Shown here: positions 16,576-27,200 of the stretch, one piece after another
Layout: each line of letters starts with the position of its first letter
Numbering within the stretch: position 1 is the stretch's first letter
Origin: a virus
Lineage: Duplodnaviria > Caudoviricetes
DNA: 42,116 nucleotides
Virus record (IMG/VR): IMGVR_UViG_3300033232_000031
Span: 1-42,116 of that record
Direction: 5' to 3' (one strand)
Translations under genes and position numbers: made by a program
Notes under the pieces: generated by a model
What the model was told of the DNA's origin: nothing
Seen by the model: only the letters and a program-made list of their open reading frames with translations
The model's database searches: none

Positions 16576-17012
16576 GCAAGAGCAACACCTTTGAGAACTC
16601 GTTGCTCTTGTTGTTATTTAACAACACGGCAATTACAGATATTGGTGACGCAGGCGGTCTTCGAGCGACGGTAACTCCGGGGTCTTTATACTTTGCCTTG
16701 CACACAGCTGATCCAGGGGAAGCAGGCAGTGCTGTTACTTCGGAAACTGCGTACACAGGCTATGCACGTGTAGCTGTAGCCAGGTCCAGCGCCGGTTTTA
16801 CAGTTACGGGTAGCAGCGTTAGTCCTGCTGCTAATGTAGATTTCGGAGAGTGCAGTGCTTCCCCAGGTGGCCCTATTACGCACTCTAGTATTGTTAATAC
16901 AGCCTCTGGCGCAGGGGTAATTTTGTACAGTGGAGCAGTTACGCCAAACATTACTATGGCGGTAGGTGTGATTCCTCGTATTAAGATGACTAGTACAGTT
17001 ACCGAAGACTAA
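16572..17012 (+). CDS. virion/tail-fibre-associated protein
   Basis: MSKSNTFEN.LL.L.FN, LY.ALHTADPGE.G, Y.GYARVAVAR pattern common in phage structural modules. Confidence 0.75.
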   Translation: MSKSNTFENSLLLLLFNNTAITDIGDAGGLRATVTPGSLYFALHTADPGEAGSAVTSETAYTGYARVAVARSSAGFTVTGSSVSPAANVDFGECSASPGGPITHSSIVNTASGAGVILYSGAVTPNITMAVGVIPRIKMTSTVTED

Positions 17013-17014
17013 TC

Positions 17015-18034
17015 ATGACCACCGCAACCCTTTACTTTGTCAGTAGCGTTTCGGGCAATGTCTCGACGCCTGACAATGCACTGGGCGCGGCTGATGGCGT
17101 ATTTACCACTGATGCCAATGCCACCGTAAGCTGGACGCACCGCTGGCGGCTCGGTACCGTCTCCAGCGCAGCGCCTACGGGCACCCAAAGCCTCACACTG
17201 GTGATGCGCAAGGGTACCAACACGGGCAACCCCACGGTATCCAGCGTGACGCTGTACCAGGGCGGGGCCTCACTGGGCGCGCTCACGCTGTTCAGCGGCT
17301 CAACCACCATCGACAGCACCACCGGGCAGGAGCTGGTGTACCAGTTTGACGGTTCGTTGCTGGCCGACATGGTGGACGTGGACATCGAGATTGCTACAGC
17401 GGGCACCGGCGGCGCGCCCGCCAATAAAAATGCCGCATCGATTGACGCTGGCGTCTGGGCGGCAAACTACGATATAGTTCTGAATTATCAAAGTGGAGAT
17501 TTAAGTTCTACTGGTTTAAGTGAAGCTACTTCTGTAAGTGGCGCTACTGTAAATAGCGTAAGCGAATCCACAGGCGCTGCAACTGCTATGCTCATAGCTG
17601 CAGCTTTTGTTACCGCCCTCAGCACAAGCATTGCAACCAGTGAAGCAACTTTTACTGGCGGTTTTATCTATGCGGGGGAGATGTCTTCCGCTAGCGCGGC
17701 AACAAGCGAAAAGCAGTCTACAACAATCTTCGCCGGGGGATTGTCTGCAAGTGGTATAGGTGAGGGGACTTTCATCACCTCCGCCCCTTTTGCAGGGGTT
17801 ACTAGTAGCACAGGACTTAGTGAAGCGTTGTTCGAGGGGGAAGTTGTTGGCGGCGCTACTACTGTAGAAACAAATCTATCTATTATTGCAACCAGCAGCA
17901 CGGTCTTTCTTATTCAGAACATCGGCACCCAAGAGGTGGCTAATATCCACGGAGTTTCGCGGCAAAATTATCCTGGCATTGAACAGCCGAGAATACTAGA
18001 AGCCTCCATTTCTTACATTGACACTGTTTCTTAA
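17015..18034 (+). CDS. S/T/A/G-rich virion protein (339 aa)
   Basis: Low-complexity repeats such as SSTGLSEA; structural operon. Confidence 0.7.
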   Translation: MTTATLYFVSSVSGNVSTPDNALGAADGVFTTDANATVSWTHRWRLGTVSSAAPTGTQSLTLVMRKGTNTGNPTVSSVTLYQGGASLGALTLFSGSTTIDSTTGQELVYQFDGSLLADMVDVDIEIATAGTGGAPANKNAASIDAGVWAANYDIVLNYQSGDLSSTGLSEATSVSGATVNSVSESTGAATAMLIAAAFVTALSTSIATSEATFTGGFIYAGEMSSASAATSEKQSTTIFAGGLSASGIGEGTFITSAPFAGVTSSTGLSEALFEGEVVGGATTVETNLSIIATSSTVFLIQNIGTQEVANIHGVSRQNYPGIEQPRILEASISYIDTVS

Positions 18035-18047
18035 ACAAGGAGTTCTC

Positions 18048-18671
18048 ATGCATCCGATTAAATTTTCCTACACGCCCGCAGCTACAACAGCTGCAGGGTT
18101 GGCTGATGACATTGCTTACGCAGCCCCCGGCTACGCTTTAACGGCCAATGACGCAGGTGATGGGTTGGCCCACATTATCAGTATTTTAGGGAATGCGGTG
18201 ACAGACCATAGCGGGAAGACCTTCACTATCAGTGGAACTGATGCGGATGGAATTCTTCAGTCCGAAGCAATTGCCGGCCCAAATGGAGTTGCTACAGTAA
18301 CTACGACAAAGTATTTCCTGACCGTAACCTCCGTCACAGTCTCTGCTACGACTGGTGCGGATACCTTTGACATTGGCTTTACAGCAGTCGCCGTCTGCCC
18401 GAGCTTTCTGCTAAACCGGAGGCAGGACGATTTTCAAGTTTCTCTTGGCGTAGCAATAACTGGGACGATTAACTTCACTGTCCAGCATTGTTTTGATGCA
18501 CAGCATGTTACGGCCCCCTCGACCTTAACTTGGTGGCCTCATTCAAGTCTCGTAAGCAAGACCGTTTCAGCGGACGGTAATTATGCCTTTCCCGTTACAG
18601 CAACGCGATTGTTAATTAATTCTGTAACGGCAGGTGCTACCGTAGTATTCTTCGTGGTGCAAGGGAAGTAA
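18048..18671 (+). CDS. virion structural protein (207 aa)
   Basis: AAGGAG RBS; FTI.GTD.DG....E.IAGP pattern, T-rich. Confidence 0.7.
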   Translation: MHPIKFSYTPAATTAAGLADDIAYAAPGYALTANDAGDGLAHIISILGNAVTDHSGKTFTISGTDADGILQSEAIAGPNGVATVTTTKYFLTVTSVTVSATTGADTFDIGFTAVAVCPSFLLNRRQDDFQVSLGVAITGTINFTVQHCFDAQHVTAPSTLTWWPHSSLVSKTVSADGNYAFPVTATRLLINSVTAGATVVFFVVQGK

Positions 18672-18673
18672 TC

Positions 18674-19387
18674 ATGACCGCGCCTAATGACAACACGCCA
18701 GTCTCCATCATCAATGATGCGTACTTTGACGCGGGCCTAACCCAAGAGGGACAGGTTCCTAACTCCGAGCAGATTGTCATGGGGATGCGGAAGTTGACGG
18801 ATATTATCAATCTTTTTCAAACGCAGGGATTAAAGCTTTGGCTAATGGAGGATTTGCTCGTCCCCCTCACAGCAGGGACTGGAACTTACACTCTCGGCCC
18901 TGCGGGATCTATGACTATGGTCAAGCCTACACGTGTGATTGATGCGTACTATACAGACGTCAACAACATTCGTAGGCCACTGACTCCGCTTGCCTGGAGT
19001 GAGTACGTTCGTTTGAGTCAGGTCACCCAAACAGGCCAGATCAATTCTTACTTCGTAGACAAGCAGCAGACTCAGTTAAGCGTACTCTTCTGGCCGCTCC
19101 CGGACGCAGTTGCAGCTACGGGGCAAGCTCACTTAGTTTTGCAGAAGCAAGCTACTAACTTTATTACCCTGACGGAGACGATGAACTTCCCCGTCGAGTG
19201 GAGGATTGCCCTACGTTGGGCCTTGGCCGATGAATTAGCGACGGGTCAGCCTCAGGCTATCATGGACAGATGCCAGGCTCGTGCGATCTCCTACCGGACG
19301 ATGCTGGAAGACTGGGACGTCGAGGACGCGCCAACTCGGTTCGCTCCGGATTCTCGTAGTCAGTATGCAACTGGAGCCTTTAGATAA
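18674..19387 (+). CDS. head-tail adaptor (P22 gp4 / T7 gp11-like)
   Basis: II.DA...AG N-terminus, FWPLPD, FP.EW..AL...LA..LA; position. Confidence 0.7.
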   Translation: MTAPNDNTPVSIINDAYFDAGLTQEGQVPNSEQIVMGMRKLTDIINLFQTQGLKLWLMEDLLVPLTAGTGTYTLGPAGSMTMVKPTRVIDAYYTDVNNIRRPLTPLAWSEYVRLSQVTQTGQINSYFVDKQQTQLSVLFWPLPDAVAATGQAHLVLQKQATNFITLTETMNFPVEWRIALRWALADELATGQPQAIMDRCQARAISYRTMLEDWDVEDAPTRFAPDSRSQYATGAFR

Positions 19388-20961
19388 TGGCACAAGCACA
19401 GTCTGTTGCTATTCCGCAACGTCTTCCCCTAGTAGTCGAGCCCGCTAACCGGGATGAGACCTCGCTGAAAGATGCGAAGTTACTCAATGGTTATGTAGAG
19501 TTTAACGAAAAAGAAGAAGAGTACTGGGTGTATAAGCGCCCAGGAATGCTGCAGTATGGCATTACGCATTCTGGTATAGGCCTGGGTGTGTACAATTGGC
19601 AAGGGCATATTTATTCGATCTTCGGAAATAAGCTTTACAAAGACGACGTAGAGATCGGAACAGTTGACTCTGCAAATGGAGTTTATCAGTGGTCACAGTC
19701 TCTAGGGGAGACGCCTCGGCTTCAGCTTGGGAATGGAGCCTTTGCATATAACTGGGATGGGACTGATCTTACCGAAATCACCGTGCTGGCTACGATTACA
19801 GCAGGAGACTTTATCACCGGAGTTGAGTACACTATTCTAGTTCCGGGGACGACAAACTTTACCTTGATCGGAGCAGCTAACAACAATGTTGGAACAGTCT
19901 TCACGGCCACAGGCCCGGGAACAGGTGATGGTACAGCGACCACTGAGGGGAATTTCCCGGACGATTTTGTTAAGGGTTGGGCTTACCTTGACGGGACTAC
20001 TTATGTCATGGGCACTGACGCTTATATTCATGGTTCTGATACTATAGTCGGGATGAACCGCCCGGATCTGTGGACGGACTTGCTAAATACCCTTGGCGCG
20101 CAGATCGAACCTGACCAAGGGGTCTGCCTAGCTAAACAATTAGTTTACGTCCTGGCCTTGAAAGAATGGTCAACGGAAGTTTTCTACGACGCGCAAAATC
20201 CTATCGGAGCCAGTCCTCTTGGGCCTGTACAAGGTGCAAAGATTAACTACGGTTGCGTCAGCGCTGACACTGTGCAAGAAATTGATGGCGTTCTTCTCTG
20301 GCTTGCTACGAATCGTTCTTCCGCTGCTCAAGTTATTATTGTCGAGAACCTCAAGCCAACGGTAATATCAACAAAGCCGATTGAACGATTGCTTGGGGAG
20401 GCGGACTTCACCGCCCTTGCCTCCTTCGGCATGAAGTACGAAGGGCATAGATTTTACGGCCTGACGCTGAAAAACGATAACATCACACTTGTTTATGATA
20501 TGACAGATAAGATGTGGAGTCAGTGGACAGACCCGGCAGGGAATTACTTTCCGATTATTGCTAGCAGCTATTTGCCGGGGGCGGGTAGAGTTCTCCAGCA
20601 CGAAACAAATGGAAAGTTGTATAGATTCGATTCTGATTACACTTCCGATGACGGAGAGTTGATAACTTTTGATCTATATACACCTAACTTTGACGGGGGA
20701 GTTCGCAGACGAAAGCAGGTTACTATGATGGAGTTCGTAGGAGATCGTGCGTCTGGGAGTGTTCTGCAAGTTCGCTTTAACGACTTTGACTACATCGCGG
20801 ATAAGTGGACTAATTTTCGCCTTGTTGATATGAATGTGATGAAGGCTACTTTGACGAACTGTGGCACGTTCCTTCGTAGGGCGACGCATATTCGTCACGC
20901 TTGCGATACACGGTTGCGTATCCAGGCGATTGAATTGCAACTAGACATTGGAACGCTCTGA
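19387..20961 (+). CDS. tail hub / packaged-DNA stabilisation protein (P22 gp10-like)
   Basis: KRPG, YLDG, STEVFYD, YGC, TLVYD....W beta-propeller-like pattern; position after adaptor. Confidence 0.75.
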   Translation: MAQAQSVAIPQRLPLVVEPANRDETSLKDAKLLNGYVEFNEKEEEYWVYKRPGMLQYGITHSGIGLGVYNWQGHIYSIFGNKLYKDDVEIGTVDSANGVYQWSQSLGETPRLQLGNGAFAYNWDGTDLTEITVLATITAGDFITGVEYTILVPGTTNFTLIGAANNNVGTVFTATGPGTGDGTATTEGNFPDDFVKGWAYLDGTTYVMGTDAYIHGSDTIVGMNRPDLWTDLLNTLGAQIEPDQGVCLAKQLVYVLALKEWSTEVFYDAQNPIGASPLGPVQGAKINYGCVSADTVQEIDGVLLWLATNRSSAAQVIIVENLKPTVISTKPIERLLGEADFTALASFGMKYEGHRFYGLTLKNDNITLVYDMTDKMWSQWTDPAGNYFPIIASSYLPGAGRVLQHETNGKLYRFDSDYTSDDGELITFDLYTPNFDGGVRRRKQVTMMEFVGDRASGSVLQVRFNDFDYIADKWTNFRLVDMNVMKATLTNCGTFLRRATHIRHACDTRLRIQAIELQLDIGTL

Positions 20962-21371
20962 TGGCTACGACTAAGTTTCAGCCGCCACCAACCTACGCAA
21001 TGCCTGTGATTGAGGATGCGCGTACAAAGAAACTTTTGTTTAATCCCATCTGGTTGAAGTGGTTTTTGGACCTGAGTCAAAATCTTGGCGTGACCGGGGC
21101 AGCGTCCGGAAGTGTCAGTAGCATTACGGCAGGGCCGGGACTAGCTGGAGGGGTCATTACAAACGTAGGTACGATCAGTCTCAAGTCGGTCGGCACTGCA
21201 GGGACTTACGGAACGGTTACAACGAATCAGTATGGTCAGGTAGTTTCAGGAACAGCTGAAGCGGTCGGGCTGAGTTTAACGATTACTACAGCGAAGCTGA
21301 CGACAGCTGGCGCTGATGGTAGTATGACATTTACAAATGGTAGACTTACGGCGCAGACCGCCGCGACTTAA
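20961..21371 (+). CDS. tail-associated virion protein (136 aa)
   Basis: NPIWLKWF N-terminus; G/T-rich fibre-like repeats. Confidence 0.7.
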   Translation: MATTKFQPPPTYAMPVIEDARTKKLLFNPIWLKWFLDLSQNLGVTGAASGSVSSITAGPGLAGGVITNVGTISLKSVGTAGTYGTVTTNQYGQVVSGTAEAVGLSLTITTAKLTTAGADGSMTFTNGRLTAQTAAT

Positions 21372-21382
21372 GGAATTTAAAA

Positions 21383-21583
21383 ATGGTGACAACTTTAATT
21401 GAGCGCAGAAACTTAACTGAAGATCATGCAACCAGAATTGCTTTACTGGAGCAAGGTATGGAAAATTTAGCGATCGAACTTCGAGGCATTAATGGAAATA
21501 TCAGTAAACTAATCTGGATTGCTGTTACTGCCGTTAGCCTGGCTATTGCTAGGTTTATAATCAGTGGTGGCTTGGCTATTTAA
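21383..21583 (+). CDS. small coiled-coil + TM protein (XhlA/holin-like)
   Basis: RIALLE coiled coil followed by KLIWIAVTAVSLAIARFII. Confidence 0.6.
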   Translation: MVTTLIERRNLTEDHATRIALLEQGMENLAIELRGINGNISKLIWIAVTAVSLAIARFIISGGLAI

Positions 21584-21596
21584 TTAGGAGAATGTT

Positions 21597-23126
21597 ATGG
21601 CAGCAAACTATGGACCTAGTTCAGGATATGACAGTGGCGGTTGGGGAAGTGGCTCAGGACTTAGTACCGGGGGAAGCGGTCTAGGATTTAGTAGTGGAGG
21701 AAGTGGCCTGGGGCTTAGCAGTGGTGGCTACGCGGGCCCGGGTGCGGACTATAGCTTAAACTCAGACTCGGGTTACGGTAGTTTTAGTAGCCCCGATTAC
21801 AGCTTGGGTTCTGGTACGACACAAGGCTTGAAAGTTGGTTATGATTTTAGCCCCGGTTATAGGTTCAATACAGGAACAGACTACGGGCTTAGCCCTGGCA
21901 GCTACGACATAGGAGGCGGACTTGGTTACGGACTTGATTACGGGTCGACGCTTGGTCCTGACTTTGGTACAAACGACTGGGGGCTAGATTATGGGCAACT
22001 TTCCAGGGCGCAGATGGGGGGGCTTGGTTTAAATGTAGCTCCTAATCCTAACTTCGGGCCTATGGGCTTTGATCAGCCTTTAGGAGTATCCGCGGGGCGA
22101 ACTCCTTTGTCTATGCGAGAGGAACCAGGGTTTTACGGGTCTAAGGCACATAAAGCTTTAAGTTTCATTGCCCAGTTCAATCCTGTGACAGCTGCTGCTA
22201 GTGGACTCTACGGAGTCTTTGGAGCGCCGGATCAAAAGACTGCAATGGGGGCAGCTCTTGGAATGGTACCAGGCCCTGCAGGCATGCTTGGAAGAGCTGC
22301 GTATGGGGCTTATAATTCACCTGACCCCGGTGGGTATCTTGGTACACAAGCAGCAGGAACTCTTGGCGGCATGGTCGGAAGTGCAATCGGCGGAGGCATC
22401 GCGGGACAGGCCGGAGCTCAACTAGGCGGGCAGCTCGGGGCGGAAGGACTTGGGGGACTGGCAGCAACCGAGGCTGCGCGTGCATATAAGGCGCGCCAAG
22501 ATGCAGGTATTTACGGCTCCGGAAGTCCTGTTGAGGCTGGCCGTGCACAGGCACAGGCAAGCATGGCTAGAGAAGCTTCTCAGCAAGCCTACGGCGGCGG
22601 CAGTGGGCGACCTGCTGAACGTGACTGGGTAGATACAGCTCTTAAGGTCGGATCAGGTCTCTACGGCATGTACCAAGGGAACAAGCAGCAGCAGCAAGCT
22701 CAGCAGGCGATTGCAGGTTCTGCTCCTTGGACAGCCCAGGGTGGAAATGCAATGGCAGGAGAGGAATTGCAGCGAGTCATACGCGGCGATCTAGCAAACG
22801 ATCCCGGGTTTAAGCTAGCGCAGCTAAGTGCAGCTCGGGCAGGTGCGCAGCAGCCCGGCGGATTCGCTGCGTCAGCGGCGGCAAATGCAGCGTTGAGGTA
22901 TCAGATGGAACGAATGCAGGCGCTAGGAGCTCCGGCAGGTGTAGGGTTTAATCCGGCCGCAGGGTATCAGACAGCTCAGCAAGGAACGCAGCAGGGGATT
23001 AATACATTCAAAACTGGAATTAGTGGAATTGCAGCAGGTATGACAAGTCCTACAGCAGGCACTGGCATGAACACTATGCCACCTTGGTTGCAGCAGTACT
23101 TGATCAACAACAACATGAGGAGTTAA
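21597..23126 (+). CDS. putative DNA ejection protein 1 (Gly-rich)
   Basis: G/S/Y/D low-complexity N-terminus, glycine-zipper segments, NDPGFK motif; position. Confidence 0.7.
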   Translation: MAANYGPSSGYDSGGWGSGSGLSTGGSGLGFSSGGSGLGLSSGGYAGPGADYSLNSDSGYGSFSSPDYSLGSGTTQGLKVGYDFSPGYRFNTGTDYGLSPGSYDIGGGLGYGLDYGSTLGPDFGTNDWGLDYGQLSRAQMGGLGLNVAPNPNFGPMGFDQPLGVSAGRTPLSMREEPGFYGSKAHKALSFIAQFNPVTAAASGLYGVFGAPDQKTAMGAALGMVPGPAGMLGRAAYGAYNSPDPGGYLGTQAAGTLGGMVGSAIGGGIAGQAGAQLGGQLGAEGLGGLAATEAARAYKARQDAGIYGSGSPVEAGRAQAQASMAREASQQAYGGGSGRPAERDWVDTALKVGSGLYGMYQGNKQQQQAQQAIAGSAPWTAQGGNAMAGEELQRVIRGDLANDPGFKLAQLSAARAGAQQPGGFAASAAANAALRYQMERMQALGAPAGVGFNPAAGYQTAQQGTQQGINTFKTGISGIAAGMTSPTAGTGMNTMPPWLQQYLINNNMRS

Positions 23127-23127
23127 T

Positions 23128-24240
23128 ATGGAGCTGGACCCTGCAGTCTTAGGCATTCACGCCCAAGAAGAGGCCAACCGGAGAAGTCTGGCGGCAGGCC
23201 TCAGTGCGCAGAAGACTATTGGTGAGATCGCGGCGCAGCCAGTGGATATGGCGTATAAGCAATCTCTGACCCGCGTACACACAGCAGACGCGGATAAATC
23301 AGAAGAAGCTGCAAGGGCAGCTAAGGCCTCGAGGGATCTGCAACTTCAGTTTCTTACTGCCCGCCAAGAAGAGCAGGCTCGTCGCCAGTTATCCGAAGCC
23401 GCTGCGAAGCAAGGAAAGATTGCTACTGTAGGTGACTTACCTCCCGGCGGATCTATCGTAAAGGCTTCTCAAGCAGATGAGCTGGAAGCGTTTGCGAATT
23501 ACGCCAGCAAGACCATGCCCCCAATGGAGCTGGCTAAACTGCGCGGGGATATTGCAGAGATCAAGCGGAAAGAAGCTGCAGAGGCGGCTTCGCTCGCAGC
23601 TGCCGGGGTTAACGAACATAAGCAACAGGTAGCACAGTTTGAACAAATTGGCAACATCGCAGGAGCTGCGGGGGCAAGTGAAGCAAACTACCGTGCGATC
23701 ATGATGTCTCCACAGCGCCAGCTGCTTCCGAAAGAGCTGACAGGGAACTGGCGGATGGATGCCCCAGTTTTGAAGGCAATTGAGCAAGCTAGCCAAGACT
23801 CGATTAAACGGGCGAACTTGCAGCGGCAACAGGTCGACACAGAAGCACGACGGCGACTGGCCAATGCAAGGATGTCGGAATCTGCCGCACGAATAAAGAA
23901 TTTGGAGATAACAGGAAAGACACTTGAGCGGGACTACAAACAGCAGACGAAAGCGTACGGGAAGTATAGCCGTGAGGCCCTGGAAGCTAAGCAGCTCACG
24001 GCAGAGAATAAGAAGAGCTTGATTGCCGCTCGTAATGTAAAGAACTTTCCACCCGCTCCCCTTGATCCGGAAGGAAGGGAGTTCGAGACGGTTTACACGG
24101 CCAGGGACGGAAAGACCCGCGCGACGTGGTCATTTGACCCGGCGACTGGCAAGGGCGTATGGATGCCTTACACGGACACCAGCTTCGGCGAAGAGGCCCC
24201 TGAAGATGCAGACCTTATGGCAGAAGAAGAGGAAGAATAA
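23128..24240 (+). CDS. putative DNA ejection protein 2
   Basis: A/Q/E-rich helical protein between two other internal-virion-like genes. Confidence 0.7.
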   Translation: MELDPAVLGIHAQEEANRRSLAAGLSAQKTIGEIAAQPVDMAYKQSLTRVHTADADKSEEAARAAKASRDLQLQFLTARQEEQARRQLSEAAAKQGKIATVGDLPPGGSIVKASQADELEAFANYASKTMPPMELAKLRGDIAEIKRKEAAEAASLAAAGVNEHKQQVAQFEQIGNIAGAAGASEANYRAIMMSPQRQLLPKELTGNWRMDAPVLKAIEQASQDSIKRANLQRQQVDTEARRRLANARMSESAARIKNLEITGKTLERDYKQQTKAYGKYSREALEAKQLTAENKKSLIAARNVKNFPPAPLDPEGREFETVYTARDGKTRATWSFDPATGKGVWMPYTDTSFGEEAPEDADLMAEEEEE

Positions 24241-27200
24241 TGGCGACCTATTTGGACGAATCTTTTATGACAGGCGGGACTCCGGAGACTGCCACGACGC
24301 CAGCGAAGCCCATGCGAGGCGCGCTGACGGAATACTTCATGACCGGAGCGCCGGAGGTTGTGGAATCGCCGAGCCTGTGGGAACGTTTCACCGCTTCGCA
24401 AGACCGCGGAATGGAAGTCTTGCAACGGCCCGCGACTCCCGAGCTGTGGGGAGGCGAGGCTAGGGGACAGGCGGCGCAGCCGGATCTGAAGTCGAAGCGC
24501 GGACTGGACCAGTTCGGGCAAGAAGTCAAGGCCTTGTCGAATATGCTTGTGGGACTTCCGGGAGGGCTTGCCGGCGTGGGCATGGATATAGGCTCGCGGA
24601 TTAGTTCCTTGGCCATTGGGGAAGATCCGAAAGCGGCAGGCCTCCGTGCCAGAGCTACGGCGGAAAATACAAACGAACTCTGGACGAAGATTACAGGGGC
24701 ACTAGGACTGCATCAGGAAGCTCCAGGGTCAAACATTGAAGCCTTGATGGGCAAAGGCATGGAAGTAACGGACGTTTGGGGAGAGCAGGCTGAAGCAGAA
24801 ACTGGTGGTGTGGTGACGAAGGAAACCGTGCAATCTGTCCGTGACACGATTCTGAATTCCCTGGGGCTTAGAGGCCTCCGCATGGCAGGCGTGGCGAAGG
24901 GCCGTGCGCCTAAGCCGGGGCAAGGAACAGCAGATGCACTGAGTGCTGATGCGGCAATCCGTCAGTCAAAGGCTCGGGTAGCAGAGACTGCTGCAGCGAA
25001 GGTCATGGAAGAAGTTGCGGCGGGGACTGCTAAGGCAGAAACCGTTGCGAAAGTTACGGAAGAAGCGCTGAAAAACAGATCGCCACTAGAGGAAGCTTGG
25101 GCAGGAAAGAAGCTGAAGACGGAGGCTGAAGCAAGCCCTGCGTGGGACGCGATGGTTAAGGGACTGGTGGAGCCAGAGCCCATGCCGGCGCCACAGGGGC
25201 CTGGGCTGACTCCCAAGACTCGGCTGGCGGAGCCGACGGTGCTAGGTAAAGGACCTGATCCTATCGTCACAGGTATGGATAAACTGCGGAAGGGACTGCT
25301 TCTTAGCAACGCGGAAGCGAAAGCGATTCGTCGCCTCGGGCAAGGTGAATCATTGCTCGCAGTCGAACCTGTCGCACCGCCTCGGGCTACGTTTGGGGAG
25401 CGGCTAGCTGCTCCATTGCCCCCACGTGGGCCAGGAGTAGTGCCAAAAACTCGTATGACAGAAGGCGTCTCGATAGCAAAGGAGGCTCCGGTTCCTGTAG
25501 TTGAGTTGCATGGGGTAGTGGAGAGACTGGTAGATTCGGGCGTAGCGAAGTTGCAACGAGGAGAACTGGTCTCCGCCGCAGAAGCCAAGGCTATCCGTGC
25601 GCTTAAGCCACTGCCAGAACAAGGCGTAATCGTCGGCCCGAACGGAAAACCATACTTCCAGCGTGGCCGGGTTGACCCGGCGTTGTTGAAGGTTCTAGGA
25701 CTCATGGGCGTCGGAGCTGTTGCGGGGACGGCGCTTTATAACTGGTGGCAAAGTTCGGGTGGATTATCGGAGGATAATGCAAACGAATTAAAGGCTCCAG
25801 GCATCTCAACCGAACAGGCCGCAACCCTTGCCGCCGGACTCATGGGAGCAACTGTGTTACGGAAAGCACCTACGATTTTTGATAAGATGTCTACGTCCGA
25901 GCTAGTCTCCGCAATGAAGGCAGGCGGGAAGGAAGCGGAGGGCGCAGCCAGAGCTATCCATGACGAGACTCGCTCTCGCTTGGAACGTAGCCTGTACACC
26001 TACGAAGGGAAGATTGACGTTGAGAGCGTAGTGCAGGAGACTTACGCCAAGGCTTTCGAAGCGATGGCGAAGGGAGAGTTCCGCGGAGACGCGAAGCCCT
26101 ACACGTTCCTTCACGCAGTGGCTCATAACTTGGCAAAAAATGCTGCTCGGGATAAGAAAGTCACGCCCGAAGCCACGGCACGATCGCGTGTTGAAGGCCC
26201 TGAAGGAGAAGTGATTGACATTGCAGATACCTTGACGAGTGAGGCAACTCGGACGCCTGAGCAGCTTTTGCAGAACCAGCAGATGGTCGGAAAGATGCAG
26301 GCGGCGATTGATAAGCTTCCTGAGCAGCAACGCAATGTGTTTGAAATGGCAGAGATTGAAGGGCTCCCGTATGAAGACATTGCAGCACAGCTAGGTATTC
26401 CAATAGGGACTGTACGATCAACACTGAGTCGTGCGCGGGAAGGGCTGCAGAAGTCTCTGCAAGAGTATAAACCAGAATCTCAAAGTGGTAAGATTAACCA
26501 AGATCTGCTAGAGGCCGCAGGGCTGGCCGCGGGAGTCGCAGTCATCGGCGCAAATATGGCAGATGATGGTAGTAAAGGTGCACTTATCGGAGCACTGACA
26601 GGGCTGGTTGGAAAGGGTCTGTATGGTACTGGCCCTGGCCGAGCTGCTGTAATGCGTGGAACGACTAGGCTGATGGAAGTCCTTCCGGAGTTGCGCAGGG
26701 CTTCCAGGGAAATGGAGCTGGCGTCAAGTAAGGAAGTTGCAGCAGCTAGTGAAGCGATCTCCTCGCTTATCAAGCCCGCGAAGAAGCTTGCAAAGGAGCA
26801 GTATGCGAAGCTAGATGAAGCCTATACGACTTCGGATCCGAGTGCCTTGGCAGAAGTAATAAAGGGGAATTCGGAACTGGAGGTAGGATACTTAAAAGTA
26901 CGCGAGTTTCTGAAGAAGACTGAAACGCAGTTGAAAGGGTTTGGCAGATTTAAGGAAGGAATTCCTGATTTTCTTCCCCTGATGGTGAAAGATTACAAAG
27001 GGCTGATGGAGGTTCTTGGCCGAGAAGTTAGGACAGGACTTGAAGATTATCTTAGCCGGGCAAATATGAAGTCGCTGAAGGAACGCGGGACAGGCCTGAA
27101 TGAAGTTGAGAAGTCTTTGCTGGTAAATGACTACTTGATTCGTGACCCGGCAACCTCGTACCTTCCAGGCTTCGCCAAGCACCGGCGGCTGAAGATGACG

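Noticed and set aside
24962-25705. 247-aa minus-strand ORF and similar antisense ORFs across the structural operon
   Set aside because: Shadow ORFs of GC-rich coding sequence with S/A/T-biased translations
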